Positions 30,456-38,722 of a stretch of 64,000 bases of DNA are shown here, piece after piece. Source of the stretch: an uncultured Clostridia bacterium. GTDB taxonomy: Bacteria; Bacillota; Clostridia; Christensenellales; UBA1242. How positions within the stretch are numbered: position 1 is the stretch's first letter; each line of letters starts with the position of its first letter. The translations under genes and the position numbers were made by a program. The notes below the pieces were generated by a model, which saw only the letters and a list, made by a program, of their open reading frames with translations, made no database searches and was not told the DNA's origin. Location: assembly GCA_944350115.1 (NCBI GenBank), contig CALVNZ010000004.1, positions 2,116 through 66,115 on the forward strand. Direction: 5' to 3'.

Positions 30456-31046
30456 TTATCTGTTAATCCCTTCTTGTGATTTTGATTCATCAAAACAACC
30501 AACTCTAACGCCCATCCAAACTAAATAGTCGACAGCTTCATTACAACCATCAATTTTCATGTTGTAATATTCTTTTTCAACGATTCCAAATTTATTTTCC
30601 AGCCCTTTTTTCAAAGCTTCTTTGTTTGCTACATTTGCATTTTGACAAAAAGCATCAAAACTAGCTTCATCAGTAAGCCAAGTGCATATCACATCATATT
30701 CTTGTTTTTTCAAAGAAAAAGTTTTGCTTCTTTTATAAACAACATCTTGAAAAGACTCAAAAGAACGCGAAAGGCCAAGTTTTTCCCCTTCTCCCAGTTC
30801 TTGTTTTTTTCTTTCACCAAGCGTGTTGTAAGCATCATAAAATGCGGTTTCAAAGTCGTCGTTTGAAACACTTTCTGCTTGTTTAATCGCTTTTAATAAT
30901 TTATCTTTATCAATTTTTTGATTTTTTAATTTAGCATTAATGATATGTAATAAAAGAATTTTATCTTTCTCATCAAGTTCCCCTTGAACAACGGAAACAA
31001 AACCAAGTTTTTGCAATTCTGCAATGCAATCTAGTTTCTTTTGCAT
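30456..31046 (-). CDS. Hypothetical protein
   Basis: The ATG at 31046 after GGAGGTTTT gives MQKKLDCIAELQKLGF... (196 aa). No family recognised. Confidence 0.55.
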   Translation of the reverse strand: MQKKLDCIAELQKLGFVSVVQGELDEKDKILLLHIINAKLKNQKIDKDKLLKAIKQAESVSNDDFETAFYDAYNTLGERKKQELGEGEKLGLSRSFESFQDVVYKRSKTFSLKKQEYDVICTWLTDEASFDAFCQNANVANKEALKKGLENKFGIVEKEYYNMKIDGCNEAVDYLVWMGVRVGCFDESKSQEGINR

Positions 31047-31071
31047 AAAACCTCCAAGTGAGTATGAAGCA

Positions 31072-31100
31072 ATTTTATCACAACTTTTTGAATAAATCAA
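31072..31100 (-). promoter_or_regulatory. Extended -10 promoter for 30456..31046
   Basis: Minus strand reads TTGATT, a 17-nt spacer ending in TGa, then TAAAAT. Confidence 0.5.
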
Positions 31101-31115
31101 ACAAAATTTGCATAT

Positions 31116-31310
31116 TTATGCAAAATTTTTTATCTTCCACGGCTGCCGCCTCCACCGCCACCGCCGCCAGAAGATCCTCTTCGTCCACCACCGCCTGCTC
31201 TTCTCACTCCACCACGAGACGATGGAGAAGAAAGCCCAGCCCTGCCAAGTGATCTTGATATGCAGCCACCTAATGTCGCGACAGAAAATTTTCACAACAA
31301 ATTTGGGCAA
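31116..31310 (-). other. GC-rich island with an ambiguous small ORF (Trp/Arg-rich 64-aa frame or Gly/Arg-rich frame)
   Basis: A TTG immediately follows the TAA of the upstream permease (TAATTG). The frame reads LPKFVVKIFCRDIRWLHIKITWQGWAFFSIVSWWSEKSRRWWTKRIFWRRWRWRRQPWKIKNFA. The +1 frame reads ...SRGGVRRAGGGGRRGSSGGGGGGGGSRGR but has no ATG. Confidence 0.25.
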
Positions 31311-32090
31311 TTATGTTCCAGTGCTTTTGTAATGGCGCAAACTCAAATTGAAAAATAGTAGGCACGGCAACACAAACAACATGCCCAAAAGCGGCGACAC
31401 ACCGCACAGCCACATTGGCACACTGCCCGTCTCCATAATAAACGACAACGGCAAGTAGTTGAAACATGCTATTGGAATGACAAAGGTGAAGATTCTTGTA
31501 AACCATTTTGCATAAATGTTGATTGGATAAAATGCAAGCTCTTTGCTGCCGTTTGTGACAATGTTTAAAAATTCCAAATTCTCAACTGTATATATGCTGA
31601 TGCCTGCACTCAACAAAAAGAGCCCGAAAATGACAAATGAGCCACAGATGTAAGTTGCAATCAGCACAAGCACCTTCCAAACATTCCAGTCGACAGACAT
31701 GTTGACAAGAGCAATCACGCTTACAACTATACCCAAGATTATTCTTGGAAATTTTGTAAACTCAAAACGAGACCCAAAAATTTGATAATGTATGTTGACT
31801 GGCCTGATCATAAATCTGTCAAGCTCGCCCGACTGAACAAGTTTTGGAAATTCGTCATAACCACGTGCAAATGCCTCAACAAAGGAATAAACTGTGTAAA
31901 TGACTCCAAGCATCAAAAGTGATTCATAAAATGTCCAACCGGCAACCGATTCAAACTGCAAAAACAACAAGTAGACCGATAAAATTTCTCCCACCATTAT
32001 CAAAAGTTGATTGAAAGCGACAAACATCATGTTGAAACGATACTGAAAGGAGGATTTCATGTGCATTTTTATATAGTTTTTGTAAAGCAT
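31311..32090 (-). CDS. ABC-2 family transporter permease
   Basis: 259 aa with six hydrophobic segments. It is the third gene of the ATPase plus two-permease operon. Confidence 0.8.
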   Translation of the reverse strand: MLYKNYIKMHMKSSFQYRFNMMFVAFNQLLIMVGEILSVYLLFLQFESVAGWTFYESLLMLGVIYTVYSFVEAFARGYDEFPKLVQSGELDRFMIRPVNIHYQIFGSRFEFTKFPRIILGIVVSVIALVNMSVDWNVWKVLVLIATYICGSFVIFGLFLLSAGISIYTVENLEFLNIVTNGSKELAFYPINIYAKWFTRIFTFVIPIACFNYLPLSFIMETGSVPMWLCGVSPLLGMLFVLPCLLFFNLSLRHYKSTGT

Positions 32091-32091
32091 C

Positions 32092-32889
32092 TCAACCTCC
32101 CTGCACCACTGTTTTTTTCAGCGCTCTGCCGATGAGCAGCTTGCCGATCGCGATGATGGCAACAAGCCAAGCGAGGCCTATTCCAATGTAAATCAAACCA
32201 TCGATGATTCCGACATTGCCGATGTAAATTCGAAAAGGTAGGTCTGTGATATAACTAAATGGCAAATATCTTAAAACCTCTTGCAGCGCCTGCGGAAGAA
32301 TTGGAAGAGGAATGAACAAACCTCCAAGTATATTCACAATCGAAGAAACTATTCCCAATGAGCCCTTTTCTGACAATGTTTTAAAAGTCAAATAAACTGC
32401 AAACATTGACAGCGAGTGACTCATAAACAAACCTAAAATCAAAGCAAGCAAAAACAAGAAAAACGCGCCAACACTGACTGGCAAACTCAAAGCTATGCTT
32501 TTTGGAAGCAAAAATCCAATGATTATGATTGGTGCAAAACGAAGCAAAGTGGCTGCGAGCTTTTGCGCAATGCCTTCGGCATACCATTGGTTATAGATTC
32601 CGATGGGCCTTACAAACTTGTAGCACACGTTGCCATTTGTTATTTCTTGGCCCACTCTTTTGGGCATCGTCACATAGCGCAAAGCAAAAAATGCCTGCCC
32701 TAGCCAAATATATGAAGCCATTTGTGAAATAGAAAAGCCATCAACCGAACCGGAATTTAAAAACGCTGTGTAAAGATATACTTGCAACAGCCCCCAGAAA
32801 AGTTGTGTGGCAATTCCAGCAAGAGCTTTTGCGCGATATTGAAGCTCGCCTTTAAATTCCATTTTAAAAATACCGAAATAAGATTTCAC
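32092..32889 (-). CDS. ABC-2 family transporter permease
   Basis: 265 aa polytopic membrane protein, immediately downstream of the ATPase. Confidence 0.8.
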   Translation of the reverse strand: MKSYFGIFKMEFKGELQYRAKALAGIATQLFWGLLQVYLYTAFLNSGSVDGFSISQMASYIWLGQAFFALRYVTMPKRVGQEITNGNVCYKFVRPIGIYNQWYAEGIAQKLAATLLRFAPIIIIGFLLPKSIALSLPVSVGAFFLFLLALILGLFMSHSLSMFAVYLTFKTLSEKGSLGIVSSIVNILGGLFIPLPILPQALQEVLRYLPFSYITDLPFRIYIGNVGIIDGLIYIGIGLAWLVAIIAIGKLLIGRALKKTVVQGG

Positions 32890-32904
32890 AGCTTCGCCCC
32901 TCCA

Positions 32905-33894
32905 CTACAACTCATACTCGTTATAGAGTTTTGCCAAGATTTCATCAACACTTAATGATGAAACCTGAAAGTCGACAACTTCATATTTTTTAGAAATCTG
33001 ATTCACAAAGTCTGTGGTGTGGAACTGGGTTTTTGGCAATGTTTTCAAGGTTGCAAATCTCTGATTATGTTCGACAACTTTGTAGCCAGCAAGTGAAACT
33101 TTTTGATAATCCTTCGCAAACTCCACTTCAATGGTCTTTTCAGCAGAATATTTATCTTTTATGTTTTCAAAACTGCCCTGATAAAGAATTCTTCCCTTGC
33201 CGATCAAAATGATCTTGTTGGTGAGAGCTTCGATGTCGTTCATGTCGTGAGTTGTCAAAATTATCGTGGTGCTCCATTCTTTGTTGATAAATTTGATAAA
33301 ATCTCTGACAGCAAGTTTTGTTACAGCATCGAGGCCGATTGTCGGTTCATCCAAAAACAAAATTTTCGGTCTGTGGAGCAGCGAGCCAGCAAGCTCACAT
33401 TTCATCTTCTGCCCCAGTGAAAGCTGACGCAAAGGACGGCCTAAGAGATCTTCAATATTCAAAGCTTTATTTAACAACTCCAAGGTTTCTTTAAATTGAT
33501 CTGTTGGAATTTTGTAAATGTCCTTCAGCAGCTCAAAACTGTCCATGACAGGCACGTCCCACCAAAGCTGGCTGCGCTGTCCAAAAACAACCCCTATGTT
33601 TTTTACAAAAGTTTTCCTGTTTTGCCATGGGACAAGCCCATCAATGACGCAAGTGCCGGAGGTTGGAGTGAGAATGCCACTCATGATTTTTATCGTGGTG
33701 CTTTTGCCCGCACCGTTTGGGCCTATGTAACCAACGATTTCTCCTTCTTCAATCGAAAAGCTGACATCTTTTAAAGCTTCAATCGTTTTATACTTTCGAC
33801 AGAAAAAGTTTTTTAACATTTTAAACCGCCCTTGACTTTTTTCAGGCACTTTAAAATTTTTACATATTTTTTCAAAATTAATTATGCTTGCCAA
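32905..33894 (-). CDS. ABC transporter ATP-binding protein
   Basis: 329 aa. TTG start after GAGGAGAA. Walker A is GPNGAGKST, the signature is LSLGQKMK and Walker B is ILFLDEPT, with a C-terminal extension of about 90 aa. Confidence 0.9.
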   Translation of the reverse strand: MASIINFEKICKNFKVPEKSQGRFKMLKNFFCRKYKTIEALKDVSFSIEEGEIVGYIGPNGAGKSTTIKIMSGILTPTSGTCVIDGLVPWQNRKTFVKNIGVVFGQRSQLWWDVPVMDSFELLKDIYKIPTDQFKETLELLNKALNIEDLLGRPLRQLSLGQKMKCELAGSLLHRPKILFLDEPTIGLDAVTKLAVRDFIKFINKEWSTTIILTTHDMNDIEALTNKIILIGKGRILYQGSFENIKDKYSAEKTIEVEFAKDYQKVSLAGYKVVEHNQRFATLKTLPKTQFHTTDFVNQISKKYEVVDFQVSSLSVDEILAKLYNEYEL

Positions 33895-33982
33895 AATTCT
33901 TCTCCTCTTCTGAATCTAGGTGTGAAGTGACAGAGCTCGTAATAAACAAAATATCTCGCAAAAAATGCAGTCGTGAATAATT

Positions 33983-34011
33983 TGTATATCACACTTTTTT
34001 AAAAAAGTCAA
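33983..34011 (-). promoter_or_regulatory. Extended -10 promoter for the ABC-2 transporter operon
   Basis: Minus strand reads TTGACT, a 17-nt spacer ending in TGa, then TATACA. Confidence 0.55.
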
Positions 34012-34053
34012 CCGTTTTTATTAAAAATAAAAAAATTTTATCAAAACCTTTGC

Positions 34054-34082
34054 TTGTTTTTCAATAAATATTGTGCTATACT
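34054..34082 (+). promoter_or_regulatory. Extended -10 promoter upstream of the truncated tRNA-Arg copy
   Basis: TTGTTT, a 17-nt spacer, then TGcTATACT. The -10 ends 9 nt before the first tRNA-like nucleotide (34092). Confidence 0.55.
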
Positions 34083-34091
34083 CATTCAAGA

Positions 34092-34130
34092 GTTCTCGTA
34101 GTTCAACGGATAGAACAAGAGCCTCCTAAG
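34092..34130 (+). pseudogene. Truncated copy of the tRNA-Arg(CCU) 5' half
   Basis: 39 nt (GTTCTCGTAGTTCAACGGATAGAACAAGAGCCTCCTAAG) identical to 34261..34299. Identity ends one nt past the anticodon loop, and no 3' half follows. Confidence 0.85.
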
Positions 34131-34260
34131 AGTATGTAATAAAGAATTTAAGTCCTTTATTTACTGGGTTTTCGTAGGTTTTTGATTGAATTTTTGAAAG
34201 CACCAATAATTTTATCAATAGTTTTGTCCTAAATCTTGTGTGAAATCTCAAAATTTATAT

Positions 34261-34335
34261 GTTCTCGTAGTTCAACGGATAGAACAAGAGCCTCCTAAGC
34301 TCTAGATGTGGGTTCGATTCCCGCCGGGAACACCA
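34261..34335 (+). tRNA. tRNA-Arg, anticodon CCT (CCA encoded)
   Basis: Hand fold: acceptor GTTCTCG/CGGGAAC (one G:U) and D arm GTTC-AACGGATA-GAAC. Anticodon arm is AGAGC-CTCCTAA-GCTCT and T arm is GTGGG-TTCGATT-CCCGC. Discriminator A followed by CCA. Confidence 0.9.
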
Positions 34336-34366
34336 AAAAAACACGCAAACCAAGCGTGTTTTTTTA
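34336..34366 (+). terminator. Intrinsic terminator after tRNA-Arg
   Basis: ACACGC-aaaccaa-GCGTGT followed by TTTTTTT. Confidence 0.7.
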
Positions 34367-34410
34367 AAAATATTGCTTAATAGATTTAATAAATTTGCAC
34401 AAAAGCATTT

Positions 34411-35604
34411 CTACTTTATTTTTTTCCTTAAAAAATCACCTTTTTTTAAGCAAATAGAGCAATAAAAAGAAATTTTCATTTGCGCCATGTTGGCTTTTTT
34501 TATAAATTCACCTTGGTCATTTTTAAGATTTTGAACTTTTATTATTTGATTATGAACATCTTTGTTTGAGCTTAAAACTTCAAGCTCATCACCTTCTTCA
34601 AAATAATTTCTTTGTTCGCATTGAACTTTTCCATTCTTGCAACCCAAAACCACCGCTACAAATTCATGTGATTGAATTGGGCTTGAGCTTTCTCTAAATT
34701 GCCTGTCTTCTTCATTAAAGTAAAAACCTGTCGTAAATCTTCTATGACTTGTCTTTTCAAGTTCTTTAACAAATTCTTCTCCGGCCCTTTTAGGCAAAAT
34801 ATCAATCGCTCGACGATACGCATTCGTGACACAAGCAACATAGTAAATTGATTTCATTCTTCCTTCAATTTTCAGTGATGCAACGCCAGCATCACTCAAT
34901 TCCTTCAAATGTTCAATCATGCACAAATCTTTTGAATTTAAAATGTAAGTGCCTCTTTTGTCTTCTTCCACTTCAAGCTCATCATCGCGACTTTCTTCTC
35001 TAATAAAATACTTCCATCGGCAAGCCTGCACACATTCTCCTCGGTTTGCTTCTCTCCCCGCTAAATAATTTGAAAGCAAACATCTGCCTGAATAAGAAAC
35101 ACACATTGCTCCATGCACAAAACATTCAATTTCAACCCTTCTTTGAAGCGCTTTTGCAATTTTTGCAATCTGTTTTAAATTCAATTCTCTTGCAAGAACA
35201 ATTCTTTTTACTCCTAAACCTGCCAGTAACAAAGCCGTTTGCAAATTGGTGACATTCGCTTGTGTGCTAACATGGACGTCTAGCATTGGGAAATTAATAT
35301 GCAAATAATTTATAATTCCTAAATCAGAAACAATAACAGCATCAACTTTTGCTTTCACAAGGTCTGCGACATATTTATTTAAACCAACAAAATCATCGTC
35401 TTTTGCTAAAATATTCAACGTTACATAAACCTTTTTATTTAGCTTATGTGCATATGCACAAGCTTTTTTTATTTCATTTATAGTGAAATTGCCAGCAAAA
35501 GCTCTAAGGCCAAAACTTTTTCCAGACAAATAAACGGCATCTGCGCCAAAATGCAACGCCGTTAAAAATTTTTCATAATTTCCAGCAGGAGCTAATAATT
35601 CCAT
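34411..35604 (-). CDS. Peptidase U32 family protein
   Basis: 397 aa. MELLAPAGNYEKFLTALHFGADAVYLSGKSFGLRA and the Cys-rich block CVSYSGRCLLSNY...CVQACRW are typical of the U32 family. Confidence 0.88.
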   Translation of the reverse strand: MELLAPAGNYEKFLTALHFGADAVYLSGKSFGLRAFAGNFTINEIKKACAYAHKLNKKVYVTLNILAKDDDFVGLNKYVADLVKAKVDAVIVSDLGIINYLHINFPMLDVHVSTQANVTNLQTALLLAGLGVKRIVLARELNLKQIAKIAKALQRRVEIECFVHGAMCVSYSGRCLLSNYLAGREANRGECVQACRWKYFIREESRDDELEVEEDKRGTYILNSKDLCMIEHLKELSDAGVASLKIEGRMKSIYYVACVTNAYRRAIDILPKRAGEEFVKELEKTSHRRFTTGFYFNEEDRQFRESSSPIQSHEFVAVVLGCKNGKVQCEQRNYFEEGDELEVLSSNKDVHNQIIKVQNLKNDQGEFIKKANMAQMKISFYCSICLKKGDFLRKKIK

Positions 35605-36485
35605 TATTTTCCCTCATTTTTAATATTTTTTTTAGATTTTATTTTAATTTTTGAAGATTTTTCATTCAATTTTGAGTTTTCTTCTGTTTTTCCAACAACT
35701 TCACTTTGATCGTAAATTAAATCTGCATTTTCATTGGAAATTTGCGATTTATTTTGTTCTGTTTTTATTTTAACTCTTTTTTCTTTTTTATTTTTTACGA
35801 CTTTCCTGCTCCATTCAATAATACCAATTATGTTAGATAAAAAGAATGTTATGAAAGAAAACACTATTGGTAAATTTTCGATTCCAAAAGATTCCCCTTG
35901 AAAAACCGGACTCAACCAGATAAAAACTTGCAAAATATTTGATAAAATAAATAACACAAACATTAAAAAGTTTTTTCTAACCATAAAATATAACGTAATT
36001 GTCAAAATTGTAAGGTTGGCCGTTGCAAAATATAAACTTGGCGTGTTTAAGTGTTTAAGCAAAAAATAATATCCCACAGCGAAGCCAATTGTTACAACTG
36101 CAACGATAATCCATTCTGACCATGTAAATTTTTTTGTTTGAGATATGAGTTTTGCTTTTTTTTCTTTTTTATTGAACAACCATAAGCAAATTAAAATTAA
36201 TGCTGTAATTATTGAAAAAGAACTTTGAATAACTTCGCCCCAATTTTTGTATATGACAGATTGCCATACATATAAAGCCAAATATGCTAAACAAAAAATT
36301 AAACCAATGTTATAGCGTTTTGCCCACAAAATAACATAAAAAACACCTAAAATACTACAAATTATTGCTAAAACTGAACTTTTTACAATAATAGAAGATA
36401 TTGTTATTGACAAAACCCCAAAAGCCAACAACAAATAATCTAAAACTTTAAAATTTTTAAAATATGCCCTTATACCCCTTTTCAT
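35604..36485 (-). CDS. Polytopic membrane protein, possibly a PnuC-family nicotinamide riboside transporter
   Basis: 293 aa with about seven TM segments. The Trp/Tyr-rich helices resemble PnuC (weak, judged by eye), and there is a long K/N/E-rich C-terminal tail. Confidence 0.35.
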   Translation of the reverse strand: MKRGIRAYFKNFKVLDYLLLAFGVLSITISSIIVKSSVLAIICSILGVFYVILWAKRYNIGLIFCLAYLALYVWQSVIYKNWGEVIQSSFSIITALILICLWLFNKKEKKAKLISQTKKFTWSEWIIVAVVTIGFAVGYYFLLKHLNTPSLYFATANLTILTITLYFMVRKNFLMFVLFILSNILQVFIWLSPVFQGESFGIENLPIVFSFITFFLSNIIGIIEWSRKVVKNKKEKRVKIKTEQNKSQISNENADLIYDQSEVVGKTEENSKLNEKSSKIKIKSKKNIKNEGK

Positions 36486-37534
36486 AAGTCAATCGTAGGC
36501 CTTGCTGTCAATGTCAAGTCAGCTCTGCCTAGTCCTTTTTTAATATAATAATAAGCTGCCGAACCAATCATAGCCGCATTATCTGTGCAATATTTTAATT
36601 CTGGGAAAAATGCTTCCCCACCAATTTCTTTAGCTTTTTTTCGCAATTTTTCCTGCAACATGCTGTTTGCCCCAACACCTCCAGCAACGACAACCTTTTT
36701 ACTTTTTGAAAGTTTCATTGCACGAATTGTTTTTTCAACCAGCTCATCAGTCACACTTTCTTCAAAACTGCGAGCGACATCTTCAGGTATAATTTTTTCC
36801 TTTTTTTGCTCCATTTTATGAACATAATTAATGACCGAAGTTTTTATCCCACTAAAAGAAAAATTTAATGTGTTTTTCAAAGCATTTGAAACAGTAAATT
36901 TGATGTTGTTTTTACCAAGCTTTGCCAGTTTGTCAATCTCTGGTCCTCCAGGATAAGGAAGAGAAAGCACACGAGCAACTTTGTCAAAAGCTTCTCCAAC
37001 AGCATCATCGACCGTGCTTCCAAGCATTTTAAATTTATGATAATCACTAACCTTTAAGATTGCTGTATGCCCACCACTTACCATCAAGCATAAAAAAGGT
37101 GGTTTTAAATCTTTATAAGTTATGTAATTTGAAGCTATATGTCCATGAACATGGTTGACCGCAATCAACGGCTTGCCGAGAGCATAACTTAATCCTTTTG
37201 CAAAATTCACTCCAACTAAAAGAGCCCCCATCAAACCTGCACCATATGTCACTGCGATTGCATCAATTTCTTCTGCGCTTATTCCTGCCTGTTTTAAAGC
37301 CTCTTCATAAAGATTTGAAATTGCAAGCAAATGATTTCTTGAAGCTATTTCTGGAACAACCCCTCCAAACCTTCTGTGAATTTCAATTTGAGAAGCGATA
37401 ATGTTTGAAAGCACTTCTCTGCCATTTTTAACAACACTGACAGCGGTTTCATCACATGAAGACTCAATAGCAAGAATAATTAAATCTTGCTTTGATCTTA
37501 AATTTTTAAATTCATCCAGCATATATTTTTTCAC
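36482..37534 (-). CDS. tsaD: tRNA N6-adenosine threonylcarbamoyltransferase TsaD
   Basis: 350 aa. IESSCDETAVSVV and the metal-binding HVHGHI are present (Kae1/Gcp family). Confidence 0.95.
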   Translation of the reverse strand: MKKYMLDEFKNLRSKQDLIILAIESSCDETAVSVVKNGREVLSNIIASQIEIHRRFGGVVPEIASRNHLLAISNLYEEALKQAGISAEEIDAIAVTYGAGLMGALLVGVNFAKGLSYALGKPLIAVNHVHGHIASNYITYKDLKPPFLCLMVSGGHTAILKVSDYHKFKMLGSTVDDAVGEAFDKVARVLSLPYPGGPEIDKLAKLGKNNIKFTVSNALKNTLNFSFSGIKTSVINYVHKMEQKKEKIIPEDVARSFEESVTDELVEKTIRAMKLSKSKKVVVAGGVGANSMLQEKLRKKAKEIGGEAFFPELKYCTDNAAMIGSAAYYYIKKGLGRADLTLTARPTIDL

Positions 37535-37545
37535 ATTATCACCTA

Positions 37546-38641
37546 TTATATCTTTTGCAAATAAGCATTAATAAATTCTTGAATATCTCCACCCATAACG
37601 GCTTGCACATCACTTGTTTCAAATCCCGTTCTATGATCTTTAACAAGGGTGTAAGGACAAAAAACATAAGATCTGATTTGACTGCCCCATTCAATTTTTT
37701 TTATTTCACCTTTGATTTTGGAAATTTGTTCAAGTCTTTCACTTTCCCGTTTTTCTGCCAGTTTGGAATAAAGCATTCTCATCGCCATTTCTCTATTTTG
37801 AATTTGTGATCTTTCAGATTGACAAGCAACAACAATCCCCGTTGGTATGTGAGTAATGCGAATGGCAGATTCAGTCTTGTTGATATGTTGCCCACCTGCA
37901 CCACTGGCTCTAAAAGTATCGATTTGCAATTCATCAGGTTTTATCTCAATATCTTCTGCATCTTCAAGTTCTGGCATAACTTCAACGCTTGCAAAACTAG
38001 TATGTCTGCGCGCATTTGAATCAAAAGGAGAAATTCTCACAAGCCTGTGTATGCCTTTTTCACATTTTAAATAACCGTAAGCATTTTCACCTGCCACTAA
38101 AAAATTGATGTTTTTAATTCCTGCCTCATCACCTTCCAATAAATCTAACACCATAATTTTAAATCCATTTTTTTCTGCATACATTTTATACATTCTAAAC
38201 AACATATCTGCCCAATCTTGAGCTTCAGTTCCACCAGCCCCAGCATGAATGTTCATAATAGCGTTGTAAGAATCATATTTCCCAGAAAGCAAAGTTAGAA
38301 TTTTCAAATTTTCATATTGTTTATTAAAATTTTTCATAGTTTGTTTTAATTCATTGAAAAATCCATCATCTTCTTCTAGTTCACAAATTTCAACCATTGC
38401 GTCAATGTCCGCCATTTGTTTTTCAAGAGCCGAAAAACTTTCAATTTTTCTTTCCCTTTCACGAATTTTTTTACCGACATCTTTTGCCCTGTTTGAATCC
38501 AAATAAAAATCAGGTTCTAATTGTTGTTTTTTTAATTCTTCACATTCCGCGATTAATTTAGGGATGTCAAAGACACTCCTTTAAAAAAGCTAAATTTTCT
38601 TTCATTTCTTTTATCTCAAGTTTTTCATTATCTAAAACCAT
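37546..38641 (-). CDS. prfB: Peptide chain release factor 2 (requires programmed +1 frameshift)
   Basis: Frame 0 runs from the ATG at 38641 (RBS AAAGGGG): MVLDNEKLEIKEMKENLAFLKECL, then TGA. The +1 frame continues DIPKLIAECEELKKQQLEPDFYLDSNRAKDVG... into the 318-aa track ORF. The SPF and GGQ motifs are present. Confidence 0.95.
38566..38581 (-). promoter_or_regulatory. prfB +1 frameshift cassette
   Basis: Minus strand reads AAGGAG TGT CTT TGA C. This is an SD-like element 3 nt before the CTT-TGA-C shift site, the same layout as the E. coli prfB signal. Confidence 0.9.
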
Positions 38642-38722
38642 AACAAACCCCTTTAAAACGTGTAAATTATAACAAAAATAAAAATTATTGTCAAAGAAAA
38701 AAGCTGGTCACCAGCTTTATTT

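Noticed and set aside
31058-31332. Plus-strand ORFs 31058..31252 and 31108..31332 across the GC-rich island
   Set aside because: Both would run antisense into neighbouring minus-strand genes and their promoter, and neither has a convincing RBS. They are kept only as alternative readings in the GC-island finding.
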